This document shows, in pieces, positions 9,559 through 19,515 of a DNA stretch of 64,000 bases (position 1 is its first letter; every line of letters begins with the position of its first letter). The notes under the pieces were generated by a model. The model had not been told where the DNA came from, did not search any database, and saw only the letters and a list, made by a program, of their open reading frames with translations. Location: assembly GCA_947501605.1 (NCBI GenBank), contig CANMWZ010000003.1, positions 228,298 through 292,297 of the forward strand, in the 5' to 3' direction. Made by a program: the position numbers and the translations under genes. Origin of the DNA: Planctomycetota bacterium. GTDB taxonomy: Bacteria > Planctomycetota > UBA1135 > UBA2386.

Positions 9559-11328
9559 ATGACCTGGCAAGCCTACATCACGCTCGCAGTCACCATGCTG
9601 ACGCTGGTGAGCCTGGCCCGCGACTGGGTGTCCCCGGCGCACACGATCCTCGGTGGCGGTTTTGCGCTGCTGTTGACCGGCGTCATCTCACCAGAAGAGA
9701 CCTTTGCCGGCTTTGGCAACCCGGCCCCGATGACCGTCGCCGCACTCTACGTGCTGGCCCGCGCGACGGAGAAGACCGGCGTGATCCAGCCACTGCTGGA
9801 GCGCCTGCTTGGCGATGGCCGCGGCGGTCGTTGGGCGATGACGCGGCTTCTGGTGCCTTCGGCTGCGGTCTCGGCGTTCCTCAACAACACGCCGATCGTC
9901 GCAATGTTGATCCCTCAGGTACTGCGATGGGCAGATCGCGTACGCGTCTCGGCCTCGCTCTACCTGATGCCACTGTCGTTTGCCGTCGTGCTGGGCGGCG
10001 TGATCACGACCATGGGCACCTCCACCAATCTCGTCGTGTCCGGCATGCTCAGCAAGAGTACCGGGACACCGCTGTCGTTGTTCGAGATCACACCGATCGG
10101 ATTGCCGGTCGCGCTGGTCGGCTTGTTGACGCTGATCCTGACCGCGCCCTTCTTGCTGCCGTCGCGACTCTCGCCGCGCCAAGGTGCTGAGGCGGGTCGC
10201 CGCGAGTTTGCGGTCTGCATGCGCGTCCTCGCCAATGGCCCGCTGTGCAACAAGTCGGTCGAACAGGCCGGCCTGCGGGGTCTCGAGGGTGTTTACCTCG
10301 TGAGCATCGACCGCGACGGCGAGCAGATCGCGCCGGTGGATCCAGAGACCGTGCTGCGCGGCGGCGACCGCCTCAACTTTGCCGGCAGCGCCAGTCACGT
10401 CATCGATCTGCATGGTCGTCGCGGCCTGGAGTCCGCCGAGAGCGACCACGTCGCGCACTTCGATTCCGCCAGACATCGCTACTTGCAGGCAGTCGTTGGC
10501 GCCAATTCGCCGTTGGTCGGCCGCACGCTGAAGGATGTGGCGTTCCGGGACCACTACCAAGCCGCAGTGGTCGCCATCCACCGGGCCGGCCAAGCTGTTG
10601 ACCAGAAGCTCGGCGAAGTGCGACTGCGGCTCGGCGACACCCTGATCCTGCTCACGGATCCTGGCTTCCGGGTGCGCTGGCGCGATCGCCCCGACTTCTT
10701 GATGGTCACGTCGCTCGAGGGTTCGGCGCCAGCGGTCAGCCGCAAGGCATGGATCGTCGCTGTGGTCATGATCGGCGTCTGCGTCGTCGCCGGAATGGGC
10801 CTGATGCCGATGCTCCAAGCCTCGCTGGTCGGAGTGCTGATCATCATCGGCTTCGGCGTACTCAGCGCCGCCGAGGCACGGGCTGCGATCGACATGGACA
10901 CGATCGTCGTGATCGCTGGCTCGTTCGCGCTCGGCACCGCCATCGAGACGTCGGGACTGGCTCAGCACCTAGCGGAGTGGATGACCACCATGACCGGCCA
11001 AGGCAACGTGCGCATGACGTTGCTTACTCTGGTCCTCGCGACGGTAGTCATCACCGAGATGATCACGAACAACGCCGCCGCGGCGCTGCTCTTCCCGATC
11101 GCCTTCGCGAGTGCGCAGCAGCTTCATGTCGACCCACGACCGTTTGCCATCGCGATCGCCATCGCGGCGTCGAACTCGTTCCTTACCCCGATCGGCTACC
11201 AGACCAACGTGATGGTCTACGGCCCCGGTGGCTACCGCTTCGGCGACTACCTACGCGCGGGCTTCCCGCTGACCGTCACGACCGTGACTGCGATCGTTGT
11301 CCTGATCCCTTGGTACTACGGGATCTGA
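9559..11328 (+). CDS. SLC13/DASS anion permease with TrkA-C domains (likely sulfate uptake)
   Basis: SAFLNNTPIV, GTSTNL, TEMITNNAAA and TPIGYQTN; central soluble TrkA-C-like repeats. Confidence 0.88.
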   Translation: MTWQAYITLAVTMLTLVSLARDWVSPAHTILGGGFALLLTGVISPEETFAGFGNPAPMTVAALYVLARATEKTGVIQPLLERLLGDGRGGRWAMTRLLVPSAAVSAFLNNTPIVAMLIPQVLRWADRVRVSASLYLMPLSFAVVLGGVITTMGTSTNLVVSGMLSKSTGTPLSLFEITPIGLPVALVGLLTLILTAPFLLPSRLSPRQGAEAGRREFAVCMRVLANGPLCNKSVEQAGLRGLEGVYLVSIDRDGEQIAPVDPETVLRGGDRLNFAGSASHVIDLHGRRGLESAESDHVAHFDSARHRYLQAVVGANSPLVGRTLKDVAFRDHYQAAVVAIHRAGQAVDQKLGEVRLRLGDTLILLTDPGFRVRWRDRPDFLMVTSLEGSAPAVSRKAWIVAVVMIGVCVVAGMGLMPMLQASLVGVLIIIGFGVLSAAEARAAIDMDTIVVIAGSFALGTAIETSGLAQHLAEWMTTMTGQGNVRMTLLTLVLATVVITEMITNNAAAALLFPIAFASAQQLHVDPRPFAIAIAIAASNSFLTPIGYQTNVMVYGPGGYRFGDYLRAGFPLTVTTVTAIVVLIPWYYGI

Positions 11329-11335
11329 CGCGCGG

Positions 11336-12931
11336 TCACCGAACCCCGCAACGGAGCGCCATCAGGACCAACGCCGCGAACAGGCACCACGGCGCCAGGT
11401 TGCGCGAAGCAACAGGAAACGCCGGAACGGTGCGGGCAGGAGTGTCGTCGAAACGCCGCAGATCAGACTCCGCGAGTGGCGAAGCCGCCTGCTCCAACGC
11501 AATCCCGTGCGAACCTGGTTGGCTGCGTTCGTAGGTTCGAAGCAGCAGCTGAGGGAATGCCGGCAACAGCGCGAGGTTGCTGTCCTGCAGGCGAAACGCG
11601 AAATGCAGCGCGCTGCCGCTGGGACCTCGCCGAAGGACTGCGAGCGGTGCCCTGGTGCCGTCAGGGAACTGTGCGCTCATCAGCGTTTCCCCCTGCGGCA
11701 GCGCATCGCGCAGCGCGTGCAGAACTTCGAGCTCGGAGAAGTCGAGCCCGCCGAATAACGGATCGCGTCGGTTCCAGTCGATCCCCACTGGCGCGGGCCA
11801 GGGCGTCGAATCCTCGCGCGCGCGGCCAAAGCTCAGCATCGGCCCAGGCTCTGCCGGCAGGCCACCCTTGCCGCCTTCGACGATCAAGAACCCGACCGAT
11901 TCACCAGGGCGAGCTTCGATCCATTGCCCGCCAGTGACGACCGCTAGGGCCGCCCCGGACTTCTTGGCCAATCCCTGATCGTCTTCGTCCGCTTGCACCG
12001 CGATCCGGGTCTGCGGTAGCGGTGGCAGCTGAAAGCGATAGCCATTATCGGTTGCAAGTGCGTCACCAGCGAGTTCGAGCGTGATGGTGAGTCGGCCACC
12101 CGCGGCGGCACGCACCAGCGGGATCTCCAGCTCCACGAACTGACCAGGCGGCAGCGTGATCGGCTGCTGCACCGACGACTGGATGGCCCCTTCGATGGTG
12201 AGTTGGCCCTGCATGGGCTGCGGCGCGAACGCGATGGCGCGAGCCCGCACGAGCAAGTCCCCGAGTGGCCAACGGTCTTCGATGGTCACCGACTCGAGCG
12301 CGGCGTTATCCCGTACGGCGCCGAACTGGGTCCAGGCACCTGCCATCGGCGCGGAGGCCATCGGCATCTGCGAATCGGACAAGGTCCAGACCTGCGTGTC
12401 GGGCCGCGCTCCGGCCGCGGCAAGCTCGCGCAGTGGTGCCGGCAACAAGCCACTCGGCGTCCCGACATCGGAAAGTGCACGCGCTGCGGCGCCTGACCGA
12501 CGCGCAATCGCACCGTCGCGGGCGATGGCTACGTCCACGGCCACATGCAACGGCAGCGCATCACACAGTTCGCGGACCGCAGCGACTTCGCGCTCGAACG
12601 GCGACGCTTCGCCATCGGCCCCTCGAGCGGCGGTGCTCGCACTCGCGTCGAGGAGCACAAACAACCGCGACGGCCCGATACCCGCCGGCCAGACCGGGTC
12701 GGCGGCAGCAAGCACGGCACAGACCGCCGCCATACTGAGCAGCAGCCAGCGCAGCGCGCGAAACCGGGGCGGCTGACGCCGAAGTGCTTCCTGCGCGAGC
12801 CGCCATTGGGAAGCGTGCGCGGTCCACAAGACACGACGCGGCCGCGGGGGTTGGGCCAACCAGAACAACACGGGCAGCAACGCCAGCAGCCACCACAGTT
12901 GGTGCGCTGCCGTTAGCGTCGGAAGCTCCAT
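11336..12931 (-). CDS. BatA-domain/vWA membrane protein
   Basis: N-terminal double hydrophobic helix, DASAS MIDAS-like motif, C-terminal ESDL plus TM helix; follows DUF58. Confidence 0.7.
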   Translation of the reverse strand: MELPTLTAAHQLWWLLALLPVLFWLAQPPRPRRVLWTAHASQWRLAQEALRRQPPRFRALRWLLLSMAAVCAVLAAADPVWPAGIGPSRLFVLLDASASTAARGADGEASPFEREVAAVRELCDALPLHVAVDVAIARDGAIARRSGAAARALSDVGTPSGLLPAPLRELAAAGARPDTQVWTLSDSQMPMASAPMAGAWTQFGAVRDNAALESVTIEDRWPLGDLLVRARAIAFAPQPMQGQLTIEGAIQSSVQQPITLPPGQFVELEIPLVRAAAGGRLTITLELAGDALATDNGYRFQLPPLPQTRIAVQADEDDQGLAKKSGAALAVVTGGQWIEARPGESVGFLIVEGGKGGLPAEPGPMLSFGRAREDSTPWPAPVGIDWNRRDPLFGGLDFSELEVLHALRDALPQGETLMSAQFPDGTRAPLAVLRRGPSGSALHFAFRLQDSNLALLPAFPQLLLRTYERSQPGSHGIALEQAASPLAESDLRRFDDTPARTVPAFPVASRNLAPWCLFAALVLMALRCGVR

Positions 12932-13791
12932 CCGGCCTCCATCCATCGCCCTGCATCGAACGTCTCGGTCGGCAGCGTCAATCGTTGAAGCGGGAAGCCG
13001 CAGGCGGCAAACACTCGCTGCTGCTGTCGCTGCAACACCTGCAACTCATGTGTCATGGCACGAGCCAAAGCCACATCGACTCGCAATGGAACTTCGCGCC
13101 CGGTCTCCGGATCGCACACCAATCGCCAACCATCGGCCTCGACGCGGAAGTCGTCCGGGATCGTCGGCAACCAGCCGGTGACGCGACAGCCGGCACGACG
13201 CAGGCGCAGCAGCGTCCGTTCCGTAGCGGTCGGGTCCACGAAGTCGCTGATCCAGTGCACACGGCTCGGCGCCCGTCGCCGCTGGAGATCTGCGGCAACC
13301 GCCTGGGGGTCCTGCGGCAGAAACGTCAGCGCAGCAAGGTGATCGAGCATCCCGGCCAGAGCTGCCCTGCCCTGAAATGTCGCACCGCGCGTCGTCTGCA
13401 CCGCAACGGCATCGAGATGCACGAGCGACAATCCGCCCAACACGGCCGCAAGTCGCTGCGCAGTCGCCCACCTCGGTGGCGTACCGACGCCCATGCTCGG
13501 CGAGCAGTCGAGCAGGACAGTCGCGGCACGAGCCTCCTCTTCCGCCAGCAGCTTCAGGAACAACGTGCCGGTGCGCGCATACGCATTCCAATCGATGCGC
13601 CGAAGATCGTCGCCCTTCACGTAGCTGCGATGGCCAACGAACGTGCCACTCTGCTGCAGGGTCTGGTGACGACTGCGAAGGGTCTGCATGCGCGCACCCT
13701 GCACGCGGCCGGAATGGCGGAGGACCTGTTCGAGCATTGCGCGAAACGGCGCCGGAAACGGCTCGCGCGAGGACGGCAGCGATCGCTTCAC
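12913..13791 (-). CDS. DUF58 protein (MoxR-associated)
   Basis: HRSYVKGDDLRRIDWNAYAR, LLDCSPSM and ISDF. Confidence 0.9.
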   Translation of the reverse strand: MKRSLPSSREPFPAPFRAMLEQVLRHSGRVQGARMQTLRSRHQTLQQSGTFVGHRSYVKGDDLRRIDWNAYARTGTLFLKLLAEEEARAATVLLDCSPSMGVGTPPRWATAQRLAAVLGGLSLVHLDAVAVQTTRGATFQGRAALAGMLDHLAALTFLPQDPQAVAADLQRRRAPSRVHWISDFVDPTATERTLLRLRRAGCRVTGWLPTIPDDFRVEADGWRLVCDPETGREVPLRVDVALARAMTHELQVLQRQQQRVFAACGFPLQRLTLPTETFDAGRWMEAGWSFRR

Positions 13792-14813
13792 TTGCCGTCC
13801 TCTTGCAACAACTTCCAGAACGCGCGCACGATGGTGCGTTCGCGCGCGGGCACACGGCGACTCTGCAGTGCGCGTTCCTGAGCCCGTTGGAACTCCTCGC
13901 GATCGGGTGGCGGCATCAGGCTGCCGCCCGCGTCTTTGCCGCCCCGGGTGGCGGGTGGCGGATTGGATCCGGCTTCCTCGCCACCGCCAGTCAGGGCGCG
14001 TTCCGCCATCGCCCGGCGCGTCGGGCCGTCGCGGGTGAACTCCGGCACCAAGATTTCTGCATGCGCCGGCAGATCGAGAAAGGGCGCCGGTGACTCGGCC
14101 TCCGGCTCGGGCCCCTGTTGCGGAAGCGGCGGCGACTGTTCTGGTTGGTCCCCCGCGAGGGGCTCGTCGCTGACGGGCGGCGTGGGCGAGTTGCCCTCAG
14201 GTGACGAACCCGCACCGCCACGGCCCTCCTCTGATTCGCCGCTGCCATCGGGATGCACCGGCGGCGGCGCGCCTCCCAGCCCGTAGATGGGCAAATCGAA
14301 GTCTGGACGCAACCACCAGAGCAGCAACAGCACGACGGCGATCGGAACCGAATAACGGACGCGTCCGAAATGTGGCGCCAACCACTTCACCTCCGTGTGC
14401 GGCGGCAGAGCAGCGACGACGGTAGCGAGATCCGAGCGCAGCCATTGGGCCATGGGACTCGCGGCCGCGCCGCGCGCTTCCACCTCGTCCCAAGCCAGCA
14501 AGAGGTCGCCGATCGGTTGGCCCTTGGCCCGCAATTCGAGCAATGCCCGACGGAGTGCTCGGCGTTCGCGAACCGTGACGGTCGACAGCAGCACCACGAC
14601 GATCAATCCGGCGATACCGCCGACCCAGAGGGCCGCAGTGGGCGCGCCGAGTGCAAGCAGCAGCACGGCGCACAGCAGCGGCACTCCAGTGCTGGTGAAC
14701 GCAACCTGCAGGTGCGACCGCAAGCGAGCCCCTTCGACTCGATGGAGGAATGCGCGTACGGCGGCAGCCTCATGGTGCGGTTCTCCGTCGTCGGCGGCTG
14801 CGCTGGCGGTCAC
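13788..14813 (-). CDS. Hypothetical membrane protein with Pro/Glu-rich tail
   Basis: Three hydrophobic segments; C-terminal VPARERTIVRAFW; 4-nt overlap with DUF58. Start uncertain. Confidence 0.7.
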   Translation of the reverse strand: MTASAAADDGEPHHEAAAVRAFLHRVEGARLRSHLQVAFTSTGVPLLCAVLLLALGAPTAALWVGGIAGLIVVVLLSTVTVRERRALRRALLELRAKGQPIGDLLLAWDEVEARGAAASPMAQWLRSDLATVVAALPPHTEVKWLAPHFGRVRYSVPIAVVLLLLWWLRPDFDLPIYGLGGAPPPVHPDGSGESEEGRGGAGSSPEGNSPTPPVSDEPLAGDQPEQSPPLPQQGPEPEAESPAPFLDLPAHAEILVPEFTRDGPTRRAMAERALTGGGEEAGSNPPPATRGGKDAGGSLMPPPDREEFQRAQERALQSRRVPARERTIVRAFWKLLQEDGK

Positions 14814-15076
14814 ACACCCATCATGCAAGCGGCGCCTCGCGATGCCAACGACCCGAGGGGGAGCGGATCGTCGTCATCGGCTTGGCGCAGCCGCTACGAC
14901 CGAGAACTCGCTGTCCCCGAGGTCCCGTTCCTGGAGCGGCAGTTGGAGGAGCAGTTCGCCGCAGTGCATGGCGGCCTGCTGCGAGGTTGGGCTCGAACTC
15001 GCATCGGCAAGCAGTTGGTCCCCCACGACGATGGCCTTTCGCCGATCAGCGGCTCGTCGCCGCGCAGCACCCCGAC

Positions 15077-15244
15077 CTAGCCACCTGTGGAACAACGGCG
15101 CCGTCGCCGAGGGCCCGGGAGCTGGATTCCGCTCAAGGAGCGCGAGCGGAGTCGATTCTGCAGCTGCGATGCAGTTCGTGCGACGCAGAGATCGGACCAG
15201 CTACCGCGCAAGCAGGCAGGATGCGTGCTGCAGCAGGCGGCTAG
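15077..15244. mobile_element. MITE copy 1 (non-autonomous, IS5/IS1182-like ends)
   Basis: CTAG at both ends; imperfect TIRs CCACCTGTGGAACAACG ... CGTGCTGCAGCAGGCGG; interior homologous to 56679-56847. Confidence 0.75.
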
Positions 15245-15339
15245 GCCCCGCGTCGCCCACCCTTACGACGCGAGTTCCCAGAGGCTTTCGCCCCCCGCGC
15301 GCCACAACGCAAAGGGGAAACCGATGGCGCCTTGAGCCC

Positions 15340-16647
15340 TCAGCCGCCTTGACCGCCGCCGCCAGTGCCAGGCGTGACCGGCTGAACGGGCTGGGTCTGT
15401 CCGGACTCGGGTGGCGTCGGCGTGGGCTCGGGTTGCCCGCCGGTCGCAGGCGTGCCGGCCTCCGGTTTCGTTCCGGGCTCCACGGGCGACTTTGGCGCAT
15501 CGGTCGCCGCCTGCGGTGTTGGAGCGTCCTCTTTTGGAGTGTCCTTCTGCGTCTCCACCGGCTGGGCGGCAGGATCGAAGTACTCCCCGATGTCGCGTTC
15601 GAAACCCGCGATCCAGGGCGAGGCGACCGTGATCACAAAGCTCGATTCACTGCAGCGAACATGCTGCGTGTTCTTGCCGTCGACGGGACCGCCAACATCG
15701 ACAGACACCATCACGTCCTTGCCATCCTTCTCGTAGGTCACCGCGACGCGCACAGATGGTGCTTCGAGGCCCACGCCCGCCAAGTTGGTAGCCGCGAGCG
15801 GACGCACGAAGTCGTCGGCCTGAAGATAGCCAAAACGCTGCGCTAGGCCTTCCACCTCGATCTGCCGCACCGCACCCTTGCCGGAGGGGGGCGCTTCGAC
15901 CTGCCAACTCGCCTGGCCTTTTGGCCGCACAAACACAGCCTTGCCGGTCTGGTTCTGCACTTCGAGGCGGCGGACCATGTCGGCCGGCACCTTGAACATC
16001 GTGCGCTCGATCCACTGACTCGTATCGATCGTGCGATTCCAGAACGGCACTTCATAGAACACGACATCGCGGGCATCTGAGCGACGAACGAACACCCCGC
16101 GCACCGCTTCGGCCCCCTGCGTGGTCGTGGTCGTGTCCTTGCCCACGAGAAGTTCGGCGATTACCTGACTCTGTGCATTGGTGGTACGGAGGACGAACGC
16201 GTGCGCTTGGTCGAGTCCATACTCGGCGAGCTGTGCGTCGGTGGCTTCTGATTGCACCAGTGTCTCCTTGTCGGCCGGGATCTCGGCCAGGTGCTTCCAC
16301 ACCTGCAACTCGAGCATCTGGGCGTTGACCGGCACTCCGCTCTGCTCACCCATGCCCTGCCCCAACACAAACCCCAGCTCGGTGCGCTGAAAGTTGATCT
16401 GGTCGTACTGAATCGCGGGCTTCTGGTTCGGGTCGCTCCCGGGCGCTGGCTGCACGTCGGGCTGCGGGTCTTTGGGCTTCCCGAGGGCGAGCGTCGCAAC
16501 GTTGTCGGTAGTGAAGCCAGCAAACAACCGCGGCACGTCCGCCACGTCGACGAAGTTCTCGAGGTCACGGCGCAGCGTCATCCACGTCGGCACAGCCAAG
16601 ACGACCGTGGTGATCGCGAGCACCAGATTGGCTTTGGTCAGATTCAT
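15340..16647 (-). CDS. DUF4340-like exported protein
   Basis: N-terminal anchor, two repeats with LAEYGL/LAGVGL motifs; last gene of the Gld-like ABC operon. Confidence 0.75.
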   Translation of the reverse strand: MNLTKANLVLAITTVVLAVPTWMTLRRDLENFVDVADVPRLFAGFTTDNVATLALGKPKDPQPDVQPAPGSDPNQKPAIQYDQINFQRTELGFVLGQGMGEQSGVPVNAQMLELQVWKHLAEIPADKETLVQSEATDAQLAEYGLDQAHAFVLRTTNAQSQVIAELLVGKDTTTTTQGAEAVRGVFVRRSDARDVVFYEVPFWNRTIDTSQWIERTMFKVPADMVRRLEVQNQTGKAVFVRPKGQASWQVEAPPSGKGAVRQIEVEGLAQRFGYLQADDFVRPLAATNLAGVGLEAPSVRVAVTYEKDGKDVMVSVDVGGPVDGKNTQHVRCSESSFVITVASPWIAGFERDIGEYFDPAAQPVETQKDTPKEDAPTPQAATDAPKSPVEPGTKPEAGTPATGGQPEPTPTPPESGQTQPVQPVTPGTGGGGQGG

Positions 16648-16657
16648 GGCGAGCTCC

Positions 16658-18781
16658 TCAGTTCTCTACCGACGATAGGAAGCGCCGCTTCTGCGATCGC
16701 CTCACGAACAGGACAGCAAACCCCAGAATCAGCACCAAGAGGCAAGGGCTGACGACGTTCATGGTGACGAGGAACGACTGCGTCGTGCGGAGCTTCTTCT
16801 CCGCGGCGAGGCGGTCCTGTGAGCCATCGCCGAGATCGTCGACCAGAGTGATGCGACGGTCTGCCGGCAACCGCGATTGCAGCGCCACCAAGTCACTGTC
16901 CTGACTCAGCCAATCGAGCAACATGGGGAAGAAGGCGGCCCCGAACAGCGAGTGGGGACCACCGAGTTGGCGATAGGCGCCGCGGGCAAAGTCATCGCGC
17001 AGAAAGTCGCTGTCGGCAAATGCGACGATGCGCCCCGGGGCAGAGGCGACCGCAATCGGAGTTGGCTCGGCGACCACGGAGGTCTTGGCCTCGCCCGCAG
17101 TTTTCTCCGGCGGCTTCGGCGGCCCGACGTCCGGCTCTTGCGCCACCGCGCCGCCCGCATCCGGCTGCGCCTCTGCCTCAGCCTTCTTGCGATCTTGCTC
17201 TTCCTTCTGCTCAGACACCTTCTGGGGTCGATCCTTGCCGCGGAAGAACGAAGGAAACGTGCCGCGCAGATCGAGCATCAATGGCACCTGGCGCCGTGGC
17301 TCGCTCTGAATTCGTTGCTGCAACTTCTGCACAAAGGCCTGATTGGCGGCGAGCTGCGATTGCAGATCGCGACCCAGGAGCGCGTTCAACGACTGCGGTG
17401 GCTCTTCGACGATGGTCAGAGGACTCGACCACAGCAGCGTACGACCGATGACGCCGTCGGGCAGTGTCGGCTCCGCGCCGTTGCTGCGCAGATGCAACAC
17501 GCATGGCCAGTAGAAGCCGGGGGTTCGCTTGAACTGTTTGAACGCCTTGAACACGAACTCGTCGGTATCGATGCCAGGTCGCAACGTTCGCTTGAAGTAA
17601 GCCGCCTGCTCCTCGTCCAGGCGACCGCTCGCACTGGCCAAGCGATCGGAGATCTGGGCCCAGTCGACATCGAGCGCATGGAAGAAGTAGGGATACGGCA
17701 CCTGCCGGACGAGCCCCATCTGCACAGGCACGCCGAGGTACTCGAAACCGCCGGTGAGCGGGTTCTGGGCTTGGCTCGCCTGTGGCTGGAGGTCCGCAAC
17801 GATCTGATTGGTCTGCTCAAGGCCGTAGTGCAGCAACTGGTCTTGCCACTTCCACTGACTGTCTTTGGCGTCGAAACCCATCGGCACCTTGAGGCACTGC
17901 CGGTTTGGATTGAGGCCGTAGTCGGCGACGTCGGCGAACAGGACAACCGTCCCGCCTCGCATCAGAAACTGGTCGATGACGTACTTCTGTCGATCACTGA
18001 CGTCGGTCGGTCGGAACAGCAACAGCGTTTCGATCTCAGCAGGAATCAGTGCGCCTTCGGCGTCCTTGAGATTCTGGAACTCGTAGCGCTTGCTGACATC
18101 CGGCAACGTACGGACGTACTCCCAGCCAGTCCCCTGTGCCTCCTGACCGCCTGGAGCGGACGGCCACTCCATGAAACCGAGCTTGCGACGCGTCTCGGTG
18201 ACGACCTCCTTGATGGCCGGCGTCACGATGGCCTCGGCCAGAAAGGAGACCGTGGGCGCAACCTGCTCGATGACCTTCTGTCGGCCACCGCCGTAGACGA
18301 GGCGCAAGCCCTGCCAGTGGCGGGAAACGCCGACGGCGGTCGTCGACGAGTTTTGTGCGTCGATCGGCTTGACGCCGATGCGCGTGCACTTGTCGAGGAC
18401 CGCTTTGTCGTCGTTCGGGTTGAACCGCTGCACGACGACTTTGCCGTTGCCCAGTTGCACCAGTTCGTCGAGGAAGTTCTCGAGCACCGCGCGCGTGTCG
18501 CGCAGCTGCGCCGGAAGATCTGCGTTCGGGCTGAGATAGGCCTCGATCACGAGACGCTTCTGCAGGCCACCGACCAGGGTGCGCGTCGAGTCCGTCAGCG
18601 AGTAGAGCTGGTCACTGGTCGCGTCGACGCGGGCGCGGTGGCGCGTGGCTAGGTAGACCAACTGACCGAGCACGCAGACCAGGAGGACGACGTGTAGAGT
18701 GAGCCCCAGCGCGGTGCCGCGGCAGTGGCGTCGAGCGCCCGCGAGCAGCGGGAGCGAGTCGTTCATGGCACCCATGGGCAT
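16658..18781 (-). CDS. GldG-like ABC auxiliary component
   Basis: DATSDQLYSLTDST, IDQFLMRGG and ADSDF; C-terminal TM helix; ATG overlaps the upstream TGA. Confidence 0.85.
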   Translation of the reverse strand: MPMGAMNDSLPLLAGARRHCRGTALGLTLHVVLLVCVLGQLVYLATRHRARVDATSDQLYSLTDSTRTLVGGLQKRLVIEAYLSPNADLPAQLRDTRAVLENFLDELVQLGNGKVVVQRFNPNDDKAVLDKCTRIGVKPIDAQNSSTTAVGVSRHWQGLRLVYGGGRQKVIEQVAPTVSFLAEAIVTPAIKEVVTETRRKLGFMEWPSAPGGQEAQGTGWEYVRTLPDVSKRYEFQNLKDAEGALIPAEIETLLLFRPTDVSDRQKYVIDQFLMRGGTVVLFADVADYGLNPNRQCLKVPMGFDAKDSQWKWQDQLLHYGLEQTNQIVADLQPQASQAQNPLTGGFEYLGVPVQMGLVRQVPYPYFFHALDVDWAQISDRLASASGRLDEEQAAYFKRTLRPGIDTDEFVFKAFKQFKRTPGFYWPCVLHLRSNGAEPTLPDGVIGRTLLWSSPLTIVEEPPQSLNALLGRDLQSQLAANQAFVQKLQQRIQSEPRRQVPLMLDLRGTFPSFFRGKDRPQKVSEQKEEQDRKKAEAEAQPDAGGAVAQEPDVGPPKPPEKTAGEAKTSVVAEPTPIAVASAPGRIVAFADSDFLRDDFARGAYRQLGGPHSLFGAAFFPMLLDWLSQDSDLVALQSRLPADRRITLVDDLGDGSQDRLAAEKKLRTTQSFLVTMNVVSPCLLVLILGFAVLFVRRSQKRRFLSSVEN

Positions 18782-19515
18782 CACCCTTTGAGTCGCCGGT
18801 TGTTGAGCACCAGCGCGTTGGCGTGCAGGAAGAACCCGCAGAAGCACAGGTAGTAAACGATGTCGCGCGTGTCGAAGACGCCGCGCGCGATGGACTCGAA
18901 GTACTTGTAGGGACTGATGCCGCCGAGGAGATCCACGGCCCACGTCGGCAGGAAGCCTGCGATCCACTCTGCCACGACGGGGAAGCCGAATGCATAGAGC
19001 AGCAAGAGCGAGACCAGCGACAGCAACAACGCGACGATCTGGTCGCGTGTCAGGCTCGACCAAAACATACCTACCGCGAGGTAGGCACCGGCGAGCAGCA
19101 GCGACGCGACATAGGCACCGAGGACCGGGGCCCAGTCGAGACTCCCATAGGTGGCAAGCGTGACTGGCAACCCGATCGTGAACAGCAGGAGCACGGCGAG
19201 GAATGCCAGTGCGGCGAAGAACTTGCCCGAGATCAGGTGGCCAATGCGCACCGGAAACGTCATGAGCAACTCGATCGTGCCGCTGCGACGCTCTTCGGCC
19301 CACAGGCGCATCGTCAGCCCCGGCAGGAAGAACAGAAACACCACGGGTAGGAGACCGAAGAACGCCTGCATCGAGGCCTGCTGGCCGTCGACGATCTGGC
19401 GCTGCGTGGCCAAGTAGAGGAGCACGCCGAGAAACAACACGCCGAACACATAGGCGATCGGCGACAAGAAGTAGCTCTTCAGCTCGCGGCGGAAGATGAC
19501 GGAAATCTCACGCAC
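18781..19515 (-). CDS. GldF-like ABC-2 permease
   Basis: RELKSYFLSPIAY and TMRLWAEERRSGTIELLMT. Confidence 0.9.
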   Translation of the reverse strand: MREISVIFRRELKSYFLSPIAYVFGVLFLGVLLYLATQRQIVDGQQASMQAFFGLLPVVFLFFLPGLTMRLWAEERRSGTIELLMTFPVRIGHLISGKFFAALAFLAVLLLFTIGLPVTLATYGSLDWAPVLGAYVASLLLAGAYLAVGMFWSSLTRDQIVALLLSLVSLLLLYAFGFPVVAEWIAGFLPTWAVDLLGGISPYKYFESIARGVFDTRDIVYYLCFCGFFLHANALVLNNRRLKG

